From assembly GCA_051439505.1 (NCBI GenBank), contig JBFRWI010000123.1, positions 1 to 13,593 of the forward strand: DNA of 13,593 bases, given 5' to 3'. The stretch's first letter is position 1; every line of letters begins with the position of its first letter. Position numbers and translations under genes: made by a program. The DNA comes from Hormoscilla sp. Lineage in GTDB: Bacteria; Cyanobacteriota; Cyanobacteriia; Cyanobacteriales; Desertifilaceae. This document shows positions 1 to 7,433 of the stretch, piece by piece. The notes under the pieces were generated by a model, which was given only the letters and a program-made list of their open reading frames with translations, had not been told where the DNA came from and ran no database searches.

Positions 1-936
1 TTGAGCGCTGAGGGTGTTTCGCTCCCAAAACACGCCGTCAGCATATCCCTGGATAGACGGATACTCTTGAGCAATTGCCAGGCGCTTCAAAGCCCAGCAG
101 CAGTATTCTTGATTAATTTCCACGCCCACAAAGCGCCTGCCAAGTTTTTTAGCAACTACCGCAGTAGTTCCACTACCTAAGAATGGATCTAACACCATCT
201 CCCCGGGATTAGAACTTGCCAGCACTAACTTAGCAATCAGTTTTTCTGGTTTTTGGGTGGGATGCTTGGTATTCTCCGGCATTGACCAAAAGGGAATTGT
301 GATATCTGTCCAGATATTTGATGGATGGGTGAGGCGGAAATTACCTCCCGCCTCTGCTTGCCAATCTTTTGGACGCCCGTCTTCTGTACGATAGGGCGCA
401 ATTACCTTTCGCTTGAGCTTGACCGCATCAAGGTTAAAGCGGTATTGCTCGGAGACCGTACAAAACCAGATGTCTTCAGTGTTATTTTTCCAGTTATATT
501 TGGCGCCTCTCCCTTTTTCTCTTTCCCAGGTGATGCGATTTTGGATGCGGAACTCCTTTTCAAGTATCGGAGCAATCAATACAGATGTTCTCCAATCAGA
601 ACAGACGTAGACTGTAGCTGTGGGCTTCAGCATTGGTTTGACAAGCTTAACCACTCCCGCAAACCACTCCTGATATTCCGACTTCTCCTTTTCCTTGAAC
701 AGGTAACCATTGTAGTTTTTTGACAGATTGTATGGAGGGTCCAACACTAGCAACTCCGCCAACCCGATCGGCAAATGGGGTGCCGCCTCGAAAATATCTT
801 GGTGAATAATTTTATTTTCAATTGTTTTGAGGGATGTATCTGACATCAGATAAGCCAGTTCTCTACTGAGATCTGCAATCTCTTGTATGGAGCAATTCAG
901 GGTTCTATTTCTGCTTGGGGATTTAGTCTGGTTCAC
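1..936 (-). CDS. Site-specific DNA methyltransferase (N4-C/N6-A, beta class), 3' end outside window
   Basis: Minus frame checked open from GTG at 936 to position 1. Motif IV DPPY at 741-730 precedes motif I DPFLGSG at 189-169 (beta order); HPTQKPEKLI also present. Alternative ATG at 846. Confidence 0.93.
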   Translation of the reverse strand, partial: MNQTKSPSRNRTLNCSIQEIADLSRELAYLMSDTSLKTIENKIIHQDIFEAAPHLPIGLAELLVLDPPYNLSKNYNGYLFKEKEKSEYQEWFAGVVKLVKPMLKPTATVYVCSDWRTSVLIAPILEKEFRIQNRITWEREKGRGAKYNWKNNTEDIWFCTVSEQYRFNLDAVKLKRKVIAPYRTEDGRPKDWQAEAGGNFRLTHPSNIWTDITIPFWSMPENTKHPTQKPEKLIAKLVLASSNPGEMVLDPFLGSGTTAVVAKKLGRRFVGVEINQEYCCWALKRLAIAQEYPSIQGYADGVFWERNTLSAQ

Positions 937-1092
937 TTTCTCTATAATATTGGTATAAGCAACTTTTAACCTGCCGATGCGGGCTAATTACCGAGTCTTG
1001 TCTTAGGTTAACCTATGGGACTGCCTCCTGTCAAGTGGGAAAGCGAAATTTTTTTGATAATTTTCCGGTTGCGCTCGCAGCTCCAACTTCCT

Positions 1093-1211
1093 TTACAATC
1101 CTGATGGAGCGCAGTTTTTCTCCTTTGGCGGAGCTAGCAGCACACCGATGGCACCCGATCGGGACTCGCCAGCCGCAACAGTCCGTAGCCGATACCTGCC
1201 AGTCCCATCAT
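1093..1211 (-). pseudogene. Relic of a lanthipeptide synthetase (LanM/LanC) C-terminus
   Basis: 1211-1134 reads MMGLAGIGYGLLRLASPDRVPSVCC*. A frameshift after PSV continues LLAPP... to TAA at 1095-1093. This matches the remembered LanC-fold terminal motif GLMxGLAGIGYxLLRLAxPxxxPSVLxLxPP. Confidence 0.7.
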
Positions 1212-1443
1212 TTTTTCCCCAATTTGAATTACCCTCCCCTCTGGAAGCTATAATAGATGAAGCAATCGCCGCTCCCATACAAGGAACACCGAACAGTATC
1301 CCTTGGGTCAAACTAAGCTGCAAGGTTTATTTGTGGGACCGGTGATGAAGAAAACTAGCGATCGCGCCGATCCCAAGCTGACCAACCGGTTGTTGGGTAA
1401 AAAGCTTAAGGGTTAGAATGGCGATAGCCGATATAGTTTCCCT

Positions 1444-1557
1444 CTGGTTCCTAGGCTCAGCCTGGGAACCGTCTGTGGAGGATCTGCCTCCTGTTGGTTA
1501 GTCGCACTGGAGGCGGATCCTCAAAAGCATCATTCCCAGGTAGAACCTGCCAACGAG
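1444..1557. repeat. REP-like palindromic element, family B (CTCGTTCCCAGG...CCTGGGAACGAG / GAGGCAGAGCCTC type)
   Basis: Hairpin GGTTCCTAGGC-TCA-GCCTGGGAACC (1446-1470); inverted pair GAGGATCTGCCTCC (1478-1491) / GGAGGCGGATCCTC (1509-1522); degenerate hairpin 1531-1557. Relatives at 13137-13163 and 13215-13263. Confidence 0.75.
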
Positions 1558-1616
1558 ATCTATCCTACGATCCTACCTCTCCCTGGTTCGGTGGATCATC
1601 CTTTCTAGATAATGCT

Positions 1617-1673
1617 GGAGAGTCGGTTTTAACCCACTTGAGCTATTAGCCGGGGGTTTGAACCCCCGGCGGG
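1617..1673 (-). repeat. Double-hairpin REP/MITE-like element, family A, copy 1 (inverted relative to the other copies)
   Basis: AGTCGGTTTTAACCCACT-TGAGCTATTA-GCCGGGGGTTTGAACCCCCGGCGGG is the reverse complement of the copies at 6221-6418, 11110-11163 and 13112-13186. Confidence 0.85.
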
Positions 1674-1701
1674 TGAAAACAAAGACGATAAGGTAAAAAA
1701 G

Positions 1702-3636
1702 ATGAAATTTGAAGTTTGGGGATTGTCAAATATCCCACAGTCACAAGGTTCCTACTATCGCGTCTGGGTCGAGTCAAAAGCAACTTTGCAGGTGGAAGAC
1801 CCCGGGCAGTTCCAAGAACGCTGGGCGGTCAACGATACCCGCGAACTCCTTTACCTCCCGGAAAGTTTACCTTCTTTCCTGCGCTTTTGGACTTCAGATA
1901 ATGGTACTTTAGAACAATGTCTGATTCCCATTCAAGACCTGGAAGTGCAAACTAAAGGTATCATTTGGTTGCCCACTGCTAAGGTGCGCCCGGGTGCGGA
2001 TGTCCGAGGATTTGTCGTCCATCGCAACCTAACTCAGAATAGCCCGATCGCCCTTTCCCCGCAAGCTTTAACCCTCACCCTGCTTGACCCCAGCGGCACG
2101 GAACGCCGGGCGATCGCCATCCAGGGGGAAACCCTCCTGTCCCTGTTTAGCTTAGAAATCTCAGAACACGACCCCACGGGAACATGGAAATTTATCCTCG
2201 GGCAGGACGCAGAAACAGTTTACGAGACCAGTTTTGAGGTAGTGCGCTTCGAGAAACCGGAGATCGAAATTCAACAGCAAGTACCTAGCTGGTTCTTGCT
2301 TAATTCCCCGATCGCGTCATCTGTGAATCTGCGGTATTTCTTTGGGGAACCGGTGACCCAAGTCAAGCAAGCCAAATTCCGCTTGCACCGCCGAGAAGAA
2401 AGCGGCGAAAAAGTTTTCCTCGGGGAGATAGTCCGGGAAAATATCGAACTGACTGGGGGAAGTTACGAACTAAACCCGGACAGCAGCGCAGCGGGAAATT
2501 ATGAATGGGAACTGGAAATTGAAGACCCCCAATACCGCACGGCGAATGCCTGGGGGAATTATACTGTAGTTACCCAACCTTTGGCAATCTCCATCGGGAC
2601 TATCTCACCCCTTGACGACCTGAAACCAGAGGTTCCCATTGCCATTGAAATTAAACTGACCGACCCAGTGGGTGCCTCCTTGACAGGAGTGCCCATTGAG
2701 TGGAAAATTGTCGGTGACTCGGACTGTTACTCCTACTTGTACCCTCCGAATTTGGTAACCGATGCTAATGGTAAAGTGGTAGTCCACCTCCAGTTTCAGG
2801 ATATTGACGACCCCACCCAATTCCAGTTGCAAGCATCCGCAACGGTTGACGGAGTTAGTCAAACCCGAGAGCAAAAAATCCGCGTCATTCCTTGGATGTC
2901 TCGGGAGTCCTGGTTGGACGTTTCTCTGGATAAGTCCGCTTACCAACCCGGAGAAGCAGTGCAGGTGGATGTCCGGGTTAAGGGACGACCAAACCTCATC
3001 CAATCTCTGCACGTGGGGTCGGCGGAATTGATCGGCGATCGGGTGGCGCGATCGCTGGATTTCCAGTTGTCAGACGGTACGGGAAGCGTCACCTTTAAGC
3101 TACCCAAAACAGTGACATCGCCCCTGCAACTGCAAGTCAGCGTCTTGAAAGATTTCCCAGAATTTATCGATCGGAAGATTACCTTACCAGTTAAGATGGA
3201 AAGGACATCGGCCCTTTGGCAAGCAACTACGGCGGGAGACAAAGAAGTTGCCACCGGACAACCGTTGCAAGTAACCGTCAACTTTCCCCAACCCCTAACC
3301 CAGGATAGCAAAATCCTGGCCTGGTTGATCGATCGGCGCATTCCTCGGGCCAGCAAAGATGATATCTTGGGAACGGATCTGACCGCACCGGCAATTGAGA
3401 ATGAATTAAAACATTTTGCCCCCGTCCAGATCGAGGAATGGTCGAAAATTCAGCAAGAGACGCAGACTTTTGATGTAGAATTGAAATCCGGGGAGTGGCA
3501 TGGTTGGTCCTATCTGCATGGAAGCAACCAGGGAAGATTGATTGTGATGCGTGGGTCAGATCGCAACTGGTTCTCAGAGAAGGATGGATTCCTGCGGACA
3601 TTACTCTCTAGCAGCTATGAGATTAATGAAGTATAG
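1702..3636 (+). CDS. A2M N-terminal part (macroglobulin MG domains), 644 aa
   Basis: MG-type motifs: [17 protein letters not shown]...[47 protein letters not shown] upstream of the ATG. Confidence 0.85.
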   Translation: MKFEVWGLSNIPQSQGSYYRVWVESKATLQVEDPGQFQERWAVNDTRELLYLPESLPSFLRFWTSDNGTLEQCLIPIQDLEVQTKGIIWLPTAKVRPGADVRGFVVHRNLTQNSPIALSPQALTLTLLDPSGTERRAIAIQGETLLSLFSLEISEHDPTGTWKFILGQDAETVYETSFEVVRFEKPEIEIQQQVPSWFLLNSPIASSVNLRYFFGEPVTQVKQAKFRLHRREESGEKVFLGEIVRENIELTGGSYELNPDSSAAGNYEWELEIEDPQYRTANAWGNYTVVTQPLAISIGTISPLDDLKPEVPIAIEIKLTDPVGASLTGVPIEWKIVGDSDCYSYLYPPNLVTDANGKVVVHLQFQDIDDPTQFQLQASATVDGVSQTREQKIRVIPWMSRESWLDVSLDKSAYQPGEAVQVDVRVKGRPNLIQSLHVGSAELIGDRVARSLDFQLSDGTGSVTFKLPKTVTSPLQLQVSVLKDFPEFIDRKITLPVKMERTSALWQATTAGDKEVATGQPLQVTVNFPQPLTQDSKILAWLIDRRIPRASKDDILGTDLTAPAIENELKHFAPVQIEEWSKIQQETQTFDVELKSGEWHGWSYLHGSNQGRLIVMRGSDRNWFSEKDGFLRTLLSSSYEINEV

Positions 3637-3774
3637 GCAATTCTACAATATTTTCCACAAATCGCCGAATTTCAAATCTACAGTTGGGATAACAGTGCGG
3701 GAATACAACTGGAAACAAAATGGGCCAGGGGGAACGCCGAACCGTCAAACATTGAAAAGGAATTAAAATCCCAG

Positions 3775-6156
3775 TTGCCGAAGCTAGTTCAGGTGCCAGC
3801 GTCCCTGATGTATGAATTAGAAATGTTTCGTGGTGCCATGCCGCGCGGTGGTGGCGGTTGGCGAGGTGGTGGCGGAATGGTGATGATGGCGGCGGAACCA
3901 ATGACAAAAGGAGTGGGGTATTTCTTTGCAGATGATGATGAATTATACTCCGAAGAAGCTGCCCTGGATATAGAGTCACCATCAACTAAAACCCTTGTGG
4001 TCCGGGAAGACTTTATTGAGGTGGCATGTCACGAACCCATTGACATCAAAAAGGGTGCGACTTCCGCAACAGTGGAGTTTGCAGGCAGCGATGCCATTAC
4101 CGAGTACGATGTCGTAGTCTTTATCATTGGCGAAGATAATTTCGGTACCGCATCCCATCGCGTCATTGTCCGCAACCCCCTGTTTACCACGATCGCAAAT
4201 CCGCCGGAAATGATTTGGGGTGACAAAAGCACCCTGCGTACTATTGTCCAAAATATTTCCAGTCAAGAGTTTGACGAAATTATCCTCAAACTCCAGACGG
4301 AAAAAATTCGTACCGGACTGAAGCAACAGGCAATTACGGCCCTGGCACCCCAGGAAAGCGTCGCCGTCAACTGGCAAATTGAGGCAGTGGAAGTGGGGAA
4401 TGCCAAGGTATTGCTATCCTTAGAAACGAAAGGTTTTCGGGAAATATCCCAATTGGACACGCCCCTGCGAGTGCAACCCCCCGGAGAACCGGAAATTCAG
4501 CGCTATACGGCGACTTTGTCGGAGAAAAATCCAGTAGAATGGACCTTTGACTTGTCGGGAGAGGAAATCTTTACCTTGGGAATTATCTCCCTGATGCCCA
4601 ATGCCGAAGGGGCGGTAATTGAAGGGGTGGAATCTCTGGCCAGCTATCCCTATGGATGTTGTGAACAGACCTATGCTACCACCTTGCCCAATTTCATTCT
4701 CTACAAGTACCTGGAACGCCAGGATAAACTCACCCCCAAGTATGCCCAGAAGCTGAAAAAGAATATGCTGGCAGGACGCGATCGCTACCTGACGGTCTTC
4801 CGAAATCCCGAGACGGGGGGGTTTGGTTTGTGGGATGGCAAGGAAACATCGGTGTTTCACACGGCCTTGGCCTTCAGCATCTTGGCACTGATGAAGCAAG
4901 TTATCGATACCGAACAGCAAATCTTGGATGGTGCCATGAAATACTTGCTGGATTATCGCACGGCGGCGGGCAGTTGGGAACCGGCAAAAAGCCTGGAAAC
5001 TCCCTTTCCTTCCACCCTTTCGGAAGCGGGTAACACCGCCTTCATCTTTCACAGTGCCGCTTTAGGGAACATTCCCTTGCCCGAGACCTTAAACTGGTTG
5101 AAGCAAAACCTCAATTCTTACCAAGATGACGAAACTTGCTTGGCCTTGCTATTAGACGCCTTGACCCGCCTTGAGGAGTATCAACAAGCAGAAGGGACTC
5201 TAATCAAGCAACTCCGGGACATCCTCCTCAAGCAGCAAAAGTCAAATGGTAACTGGACTGGCAAAAGCAGTCTCACGGGGGACATTGAAACTACTGCCTA
5301 TTGCATGATGGCATTGGGTCGCGCCTTCGGCGCCGATCCTCGGGTGAGAAAGGCCATCAAAAAGGGATTGGATTATCTCTTGGCCAACCGACGTTCCACC
5401 GGTTGGTATTCGACTCGCGATACCCTCTATGCTTCCTGGGCGATCGGGGAAGTAGGGCACTTAGCTTGGACAGTATCGGACGTGAAGGGTACAGTCAACA
5501 TTGCCGTAAACGAAACCGAACAGGACATGTTGTCGAGTTTGCGGAAAATTGCCGGTCTCGAAGCCGCAAACCAAGCTCATAATTTTCACAAGACCTTTGA
5601 CTTTTCCCAAGCAAGGGGCACGGAACAGCTAGATTTAGTCTATCAGGCCCGCCGCATTTATATCGAGCAATTCCAACCGGGTCCGAATAAAATCTCCTTG
5701 AAGGCGGCAAAAGGATTTAACGCCCATGTTTTGATCGAACTCCATGTCTACCGTCAAGCTTCCTCACCAGAGGCACGGACGAATCAAATCGGAAATCTCC
5801 AGGTACAATGGTCTCAGCAGGAGTTCTCCCTAGGGGAACATACAGACTTGACCGTGCAGTTCGCACCCAGTCAAAAGTTGGAAGCGCTGCTAATGGAAAT
5901 TCCCATTCCCGCAGGAATAACTTTCGATCTGGCCCTTCGAGACGAGATGGCAGTGCCCAAGCAGTTCGATCATGTCGAGGTTAACCAGAACAAAGTGGCC
6001 CTGTTTGCCTCCAACTTGGACGCAGCGGTAGAAATAAAGGCCCGGTTCCACGGTGAGTTTCCCGGTGAGGTGCAGGTGAACCCCATCCGCGTTTATCAAA
6101 TGTATAAACCGGATGCGATCGTCCTTAGTCCCTGTACCAAACTCGTTGTTAATTAA
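3775..6156 (+). CDS. A2M C-terminal part (bait end, MG7, CUB-like, thioester domain, terminal MG domain); independent start doubtful
   Basis: VREDF...SDAITEY after the bait; thioester YPYGCCEQT (CCEQ 4657-4668); helical-barrel motifs [27 protein letters not shown]-terminal EIPIPAG and YQMYKP. Confidence 0.88.
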   Translation: MPKLVQVPASLMYELEMFRGAMPRGGGGWRGGGGMVMMAAEPMTKGVGYFFADDDELYSEEAALDIESPSTKTLVVREDFIEVACHEPIDIKKGATSATVEFAGSDAITEYDVVVFIIGEDNFGTASHRVIVRNPLFTTIANPPEMIWGDKSTLRTIVQNISSQEFDEIILKLQTEKIRTGLKQQAITALAPQESVAVNWQIEAVEVGNAKVLLSLETKGFREISQLDTPLRVQPPGEPEIQRYTATLSEKNPVEWTFDLSGEEIFTLGIISLMPNAEGAVIEGVESLASYPYGCCEQTYATTLPNFILYKYLERQDKLTPKYAQKLKKNMLAGRDRYLTVFRNPETGGFGLWDGKETSVFHTALAFSILALMKQVIDTEQQILDGAMKYLLDYRTAAGSWEPAKSLETPFPSTLSEAGNTAFIFHSAALGNIPLPETLNWLKQNLNSYQDDETCLALLLDALTRLEEYQQAEGTLIKQLRDILLKQQKSNGNWTGKSSLTGDIETTAYCMMALGRAFGADPRVRKAIKKGLDYLLANRRSTGWYSTRDTLYASWAIGEVGHLAWTVSDVKGTVNIAVNETEQDMLSSLRKIAGLEAANQAHNFHKTFDFSQARGTEQLDLVYQARRIYIEQFQPGPNKISLKAAKGFNAHVLIELHVYRQASSPEARTNQIGNLQVQWSQQEFSLGEHTDLTVQFAPSQKLEALLMEIPIPAGITFDLALRDEMAVPKQFDHVEVNQNKVALFASNLDAAVEIKARFHGEFPGEVQVNPIRVYQMYKPDAIVLSPCTKLVVN

Positions 6157-6220
6157 ATCGGAGGCATTCCCGATCGCCCGCCCGATCGCCCGCCGAGAGG
6201 TTTTCTCGTTTTCCCGATGG

Positions 6221-6418
6221 CCCGCCGGGGGTTCAAAGATGCTGTGGGCGAATTACCAATTTCTCGGCGTCTGAGGGGGTGAGGGAGGGAGGGGGGGAGG
6301 GGGGGGAAAGTCAAGCGCCATCAGCTTTTGAGGGTGGTAAGGGGTCATGCCCCCCAGTTAATTGCCCCACAGTATCTTCAAACCCCCGGCTAATAGCTAA
6401 AGTCGGTTAAAACCGACT
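6221..6418 (+). repeat. Family A element, copy 2, interrupted by a MITE
   Basis: CCCGCCGGGGGTTCAAA [insert] TTCAAACCCCCGGCTAATAGCTAAAGTCGGTTAAAACCGACT. Removing the insert and one TTCAAA restores the consensus. Confidence 0.85.
6238..6376. mobile_element. 139-bp non-autonomous MITE, 18-bp imperfect TIRs, 6-bp target-site duplication
   Basis: Left end GATGCTGTGGGCGAATTA (6238-6255); right end reverse complement GATACTGTGGGGCAATTA (6359-6376), 15/18 identical. TTCAAA at 6232-6237 and 6377-6382. Confidence 0.85.
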
Positions 6419-6429
6419 AAAAAATATTA

Positions 6430-6530
6430 GCGTTGCACAATTACAAGATGATCGAATATTTGCGCAAGTCTTAAACTTCGACTACAAGTCATTTTTAGTT
6501 GCCAAAAATTGTATCATCCCTGTGCAACGC
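6430..6530. mobile_element. ~100-bp MITE-like element with GCGTTGCACA termini
   Basis: Perfect 10-bp inverted repeat GCGTTGCACA (6430-6439) / TGTGCAACGC (6521-6530), each followed inward by GATGAT. AT-rich interior; no clear target duplication. Confidence 0.6.
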
Positions 6531-6533
6531 CCA

Positions 6534-6552
6534 TTGCTTCCCCATTGTTAAT
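6534..6552 (+). repeat. 19-bp direct repeat, left copy (TTGCTTCCCCATTGTTAAT)
   Basis: Exact match to 8700-8718. Confidence 0.9.
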
Positions 6553-6561
6553 TGAAAAGCC

Positions 6562-7185
6562 ATGACAGCACATGCGATCGCAGTTTCTCCAAATAGCACC
6601 GATAGAGAACAATATTTTGCTTTACCCGGATGTTACAATTGGCAACAATTTAAAACACTGACAAATTCCCTGGGAGAGAATAGTAACCTGAAAATATCTT
6701 ATCTGGATGGCAAAATAGAACTCATGACAACAGGAGAAAAACACGAAACTATCAGCCGTTTAATTTCCCTGTTACTGGGACTATACTTCTGGCAGATGAA
6801 AATAGAGTTTATTCCCGTGGGCAGTGCCACCCGCGAATCTGAAGAAAAAGAGGTTTCTTTTGCACCCGATGAATCTTATTATATTGGCAGGCAAAAAGAA
6901 CATCCAGATCTGGCGATCGAGGTCATTATTACCAGTGGGAATGTGAACAAACTCGAAAAATATAAACGCTTGCAAGTTCGAGAGGTGTGGTTCTGGAAAC
7001 AAGAGAAAATTTCAGTTTATGTATTGCAGAATGCAGAAACTGAAGATAAAATCGCGTATGAACTCAAAAAGAAAAGTGAATTATTGCCCGACTTGGACTT
7101 AGAAATGTTAGTTAATTGCGTGTTAATGCCGTCCAAAGTAGAAGCGATGAACGAGTTTTTGACAAATATCCAAGCAACACCGTAG
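6562..7185 (+). CDS. Uma2 (DUF820) family putative PD-(D/E)xK endonuclease, 207 aa
   Basis: YLDGKIELM...HE, PDESYYIG, PDLAIEVIITSG, KLEKY...VREVWFW, SELLPDLDL are typical of cyanobacterial Uma2 paralogues. Confidence 0.93.
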   Translation: MTAHAIAVSPNSTDREQYFALPGCYNWQQFKTLTNSLGENSNLKISYLDGKIELMTTGEKHETISRLISLLLGLYFWQMKIEFIPVGSATRESEEKEVSFAPDESYYIGRQKEHPDLAIEVIITSGNVNKLEKYKRLQVREVWFWKQEKISVYVLQNAETEDKIAYELKKKSELLPDLDLEMLVNCVLMPSKVEAMNEFLTNIQATP

Positions 7186-7297
7186 GTTGGGTAGAGGCAC
7201 GAAACCCAACCGAAAGCTGCGGTAGAGGCACGAAACCCAACCGAAAGCAAATGTTATGGTTGTGCAGTTTGGGTTTCCTAATGTCAACCCAAGCTAC
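7182..7297. repeat. GTAG-type REP doublet (family C) with an internal 28-bp duplication
   Basis: GTAGGTTGGGTAGAGGCACGAAACCCAAC from 7182; inverted partner ends CTAC at 7294-7297. GGTAGAGGCACGAAACCCAACCGAAAGC occurs at 7190-7217 and 7221-7248. Confidence 0.8.
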
Positions 7298-7349
7298 GAA
7301 GAACTAACTACCGGTGGAACCCACGGGAGAAAAAATTTACAAATAAATG

Positions 7350-7378
7350 TTGCAATTGCGCCGAGCTTTGGGTATGAT
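7350..7378 (+). promoter_or_regulatory. Sigma70-type promoter of the 412-aa gene
   Basis: TTGCAA (7350-7355), 17-bp spacer, TATGAT (7373-7378); 55 bp upstream of the ATG at 7434. Confidence 0.65.
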
Positions 7379-7433
7379 AGATAAAGGGGGACTTTGATTC
7401 CTGACGACTTAATTTATTGTATTTAAATTCAGC

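Larger units (their letters stand above)
1702..6156 (+). pseudogene. Alpha-2-macroglobulin/thioester family gene, one 1485-codon frame with a single internal TAG at 3634-3636 (nonsense allele, sequence error, readthrough or split gene)
   Basis: 1702 and 3775 are in the same frame and 3637-3774 is open ([46 protein letters not shown]). A2M landmarks occur in order across the stop. Family call is confident; pseudogene status is not. Confidence 0.8.

Noticed and set aside
325..723. Plus-strand ORFs of 132 and 65 aa
   Set aside because: Antisense shadows of the methyltransferase.
1035..1345. Three overlapping 65-76 aa ORFs
   Set aside because: No recognisable family or RBS. The informative signal is the frameshifted LanM-like fragment, mostly in another frame.
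3634..3636. Genome-wide TAG recoding or pyrrolysine
   Set aside because: TAG ends Uma2 and phoX at their expected C-termini, and there are no pyl genes or suppressor tRNA in the window.
3551..3766. 71-aa ORF as a frameshift bridge between the A2M halves
   Set aside because: Not needed: both halves share a frame and only one TAG separates them.
4700..5460. Squalene-hopene cyclase/prenyltransferase call from QW-like motifs
   Set aside because: The helical barrel is shared with A2M thioester domains. CxEQ and MG domains are present and there is no DxDD motif.
7190..7248. 28-bp direct repeats as a mini CRISPR array
   Set aside because: Only two copies 3 bp apart, inside a GTAG REP, with no cas genes.
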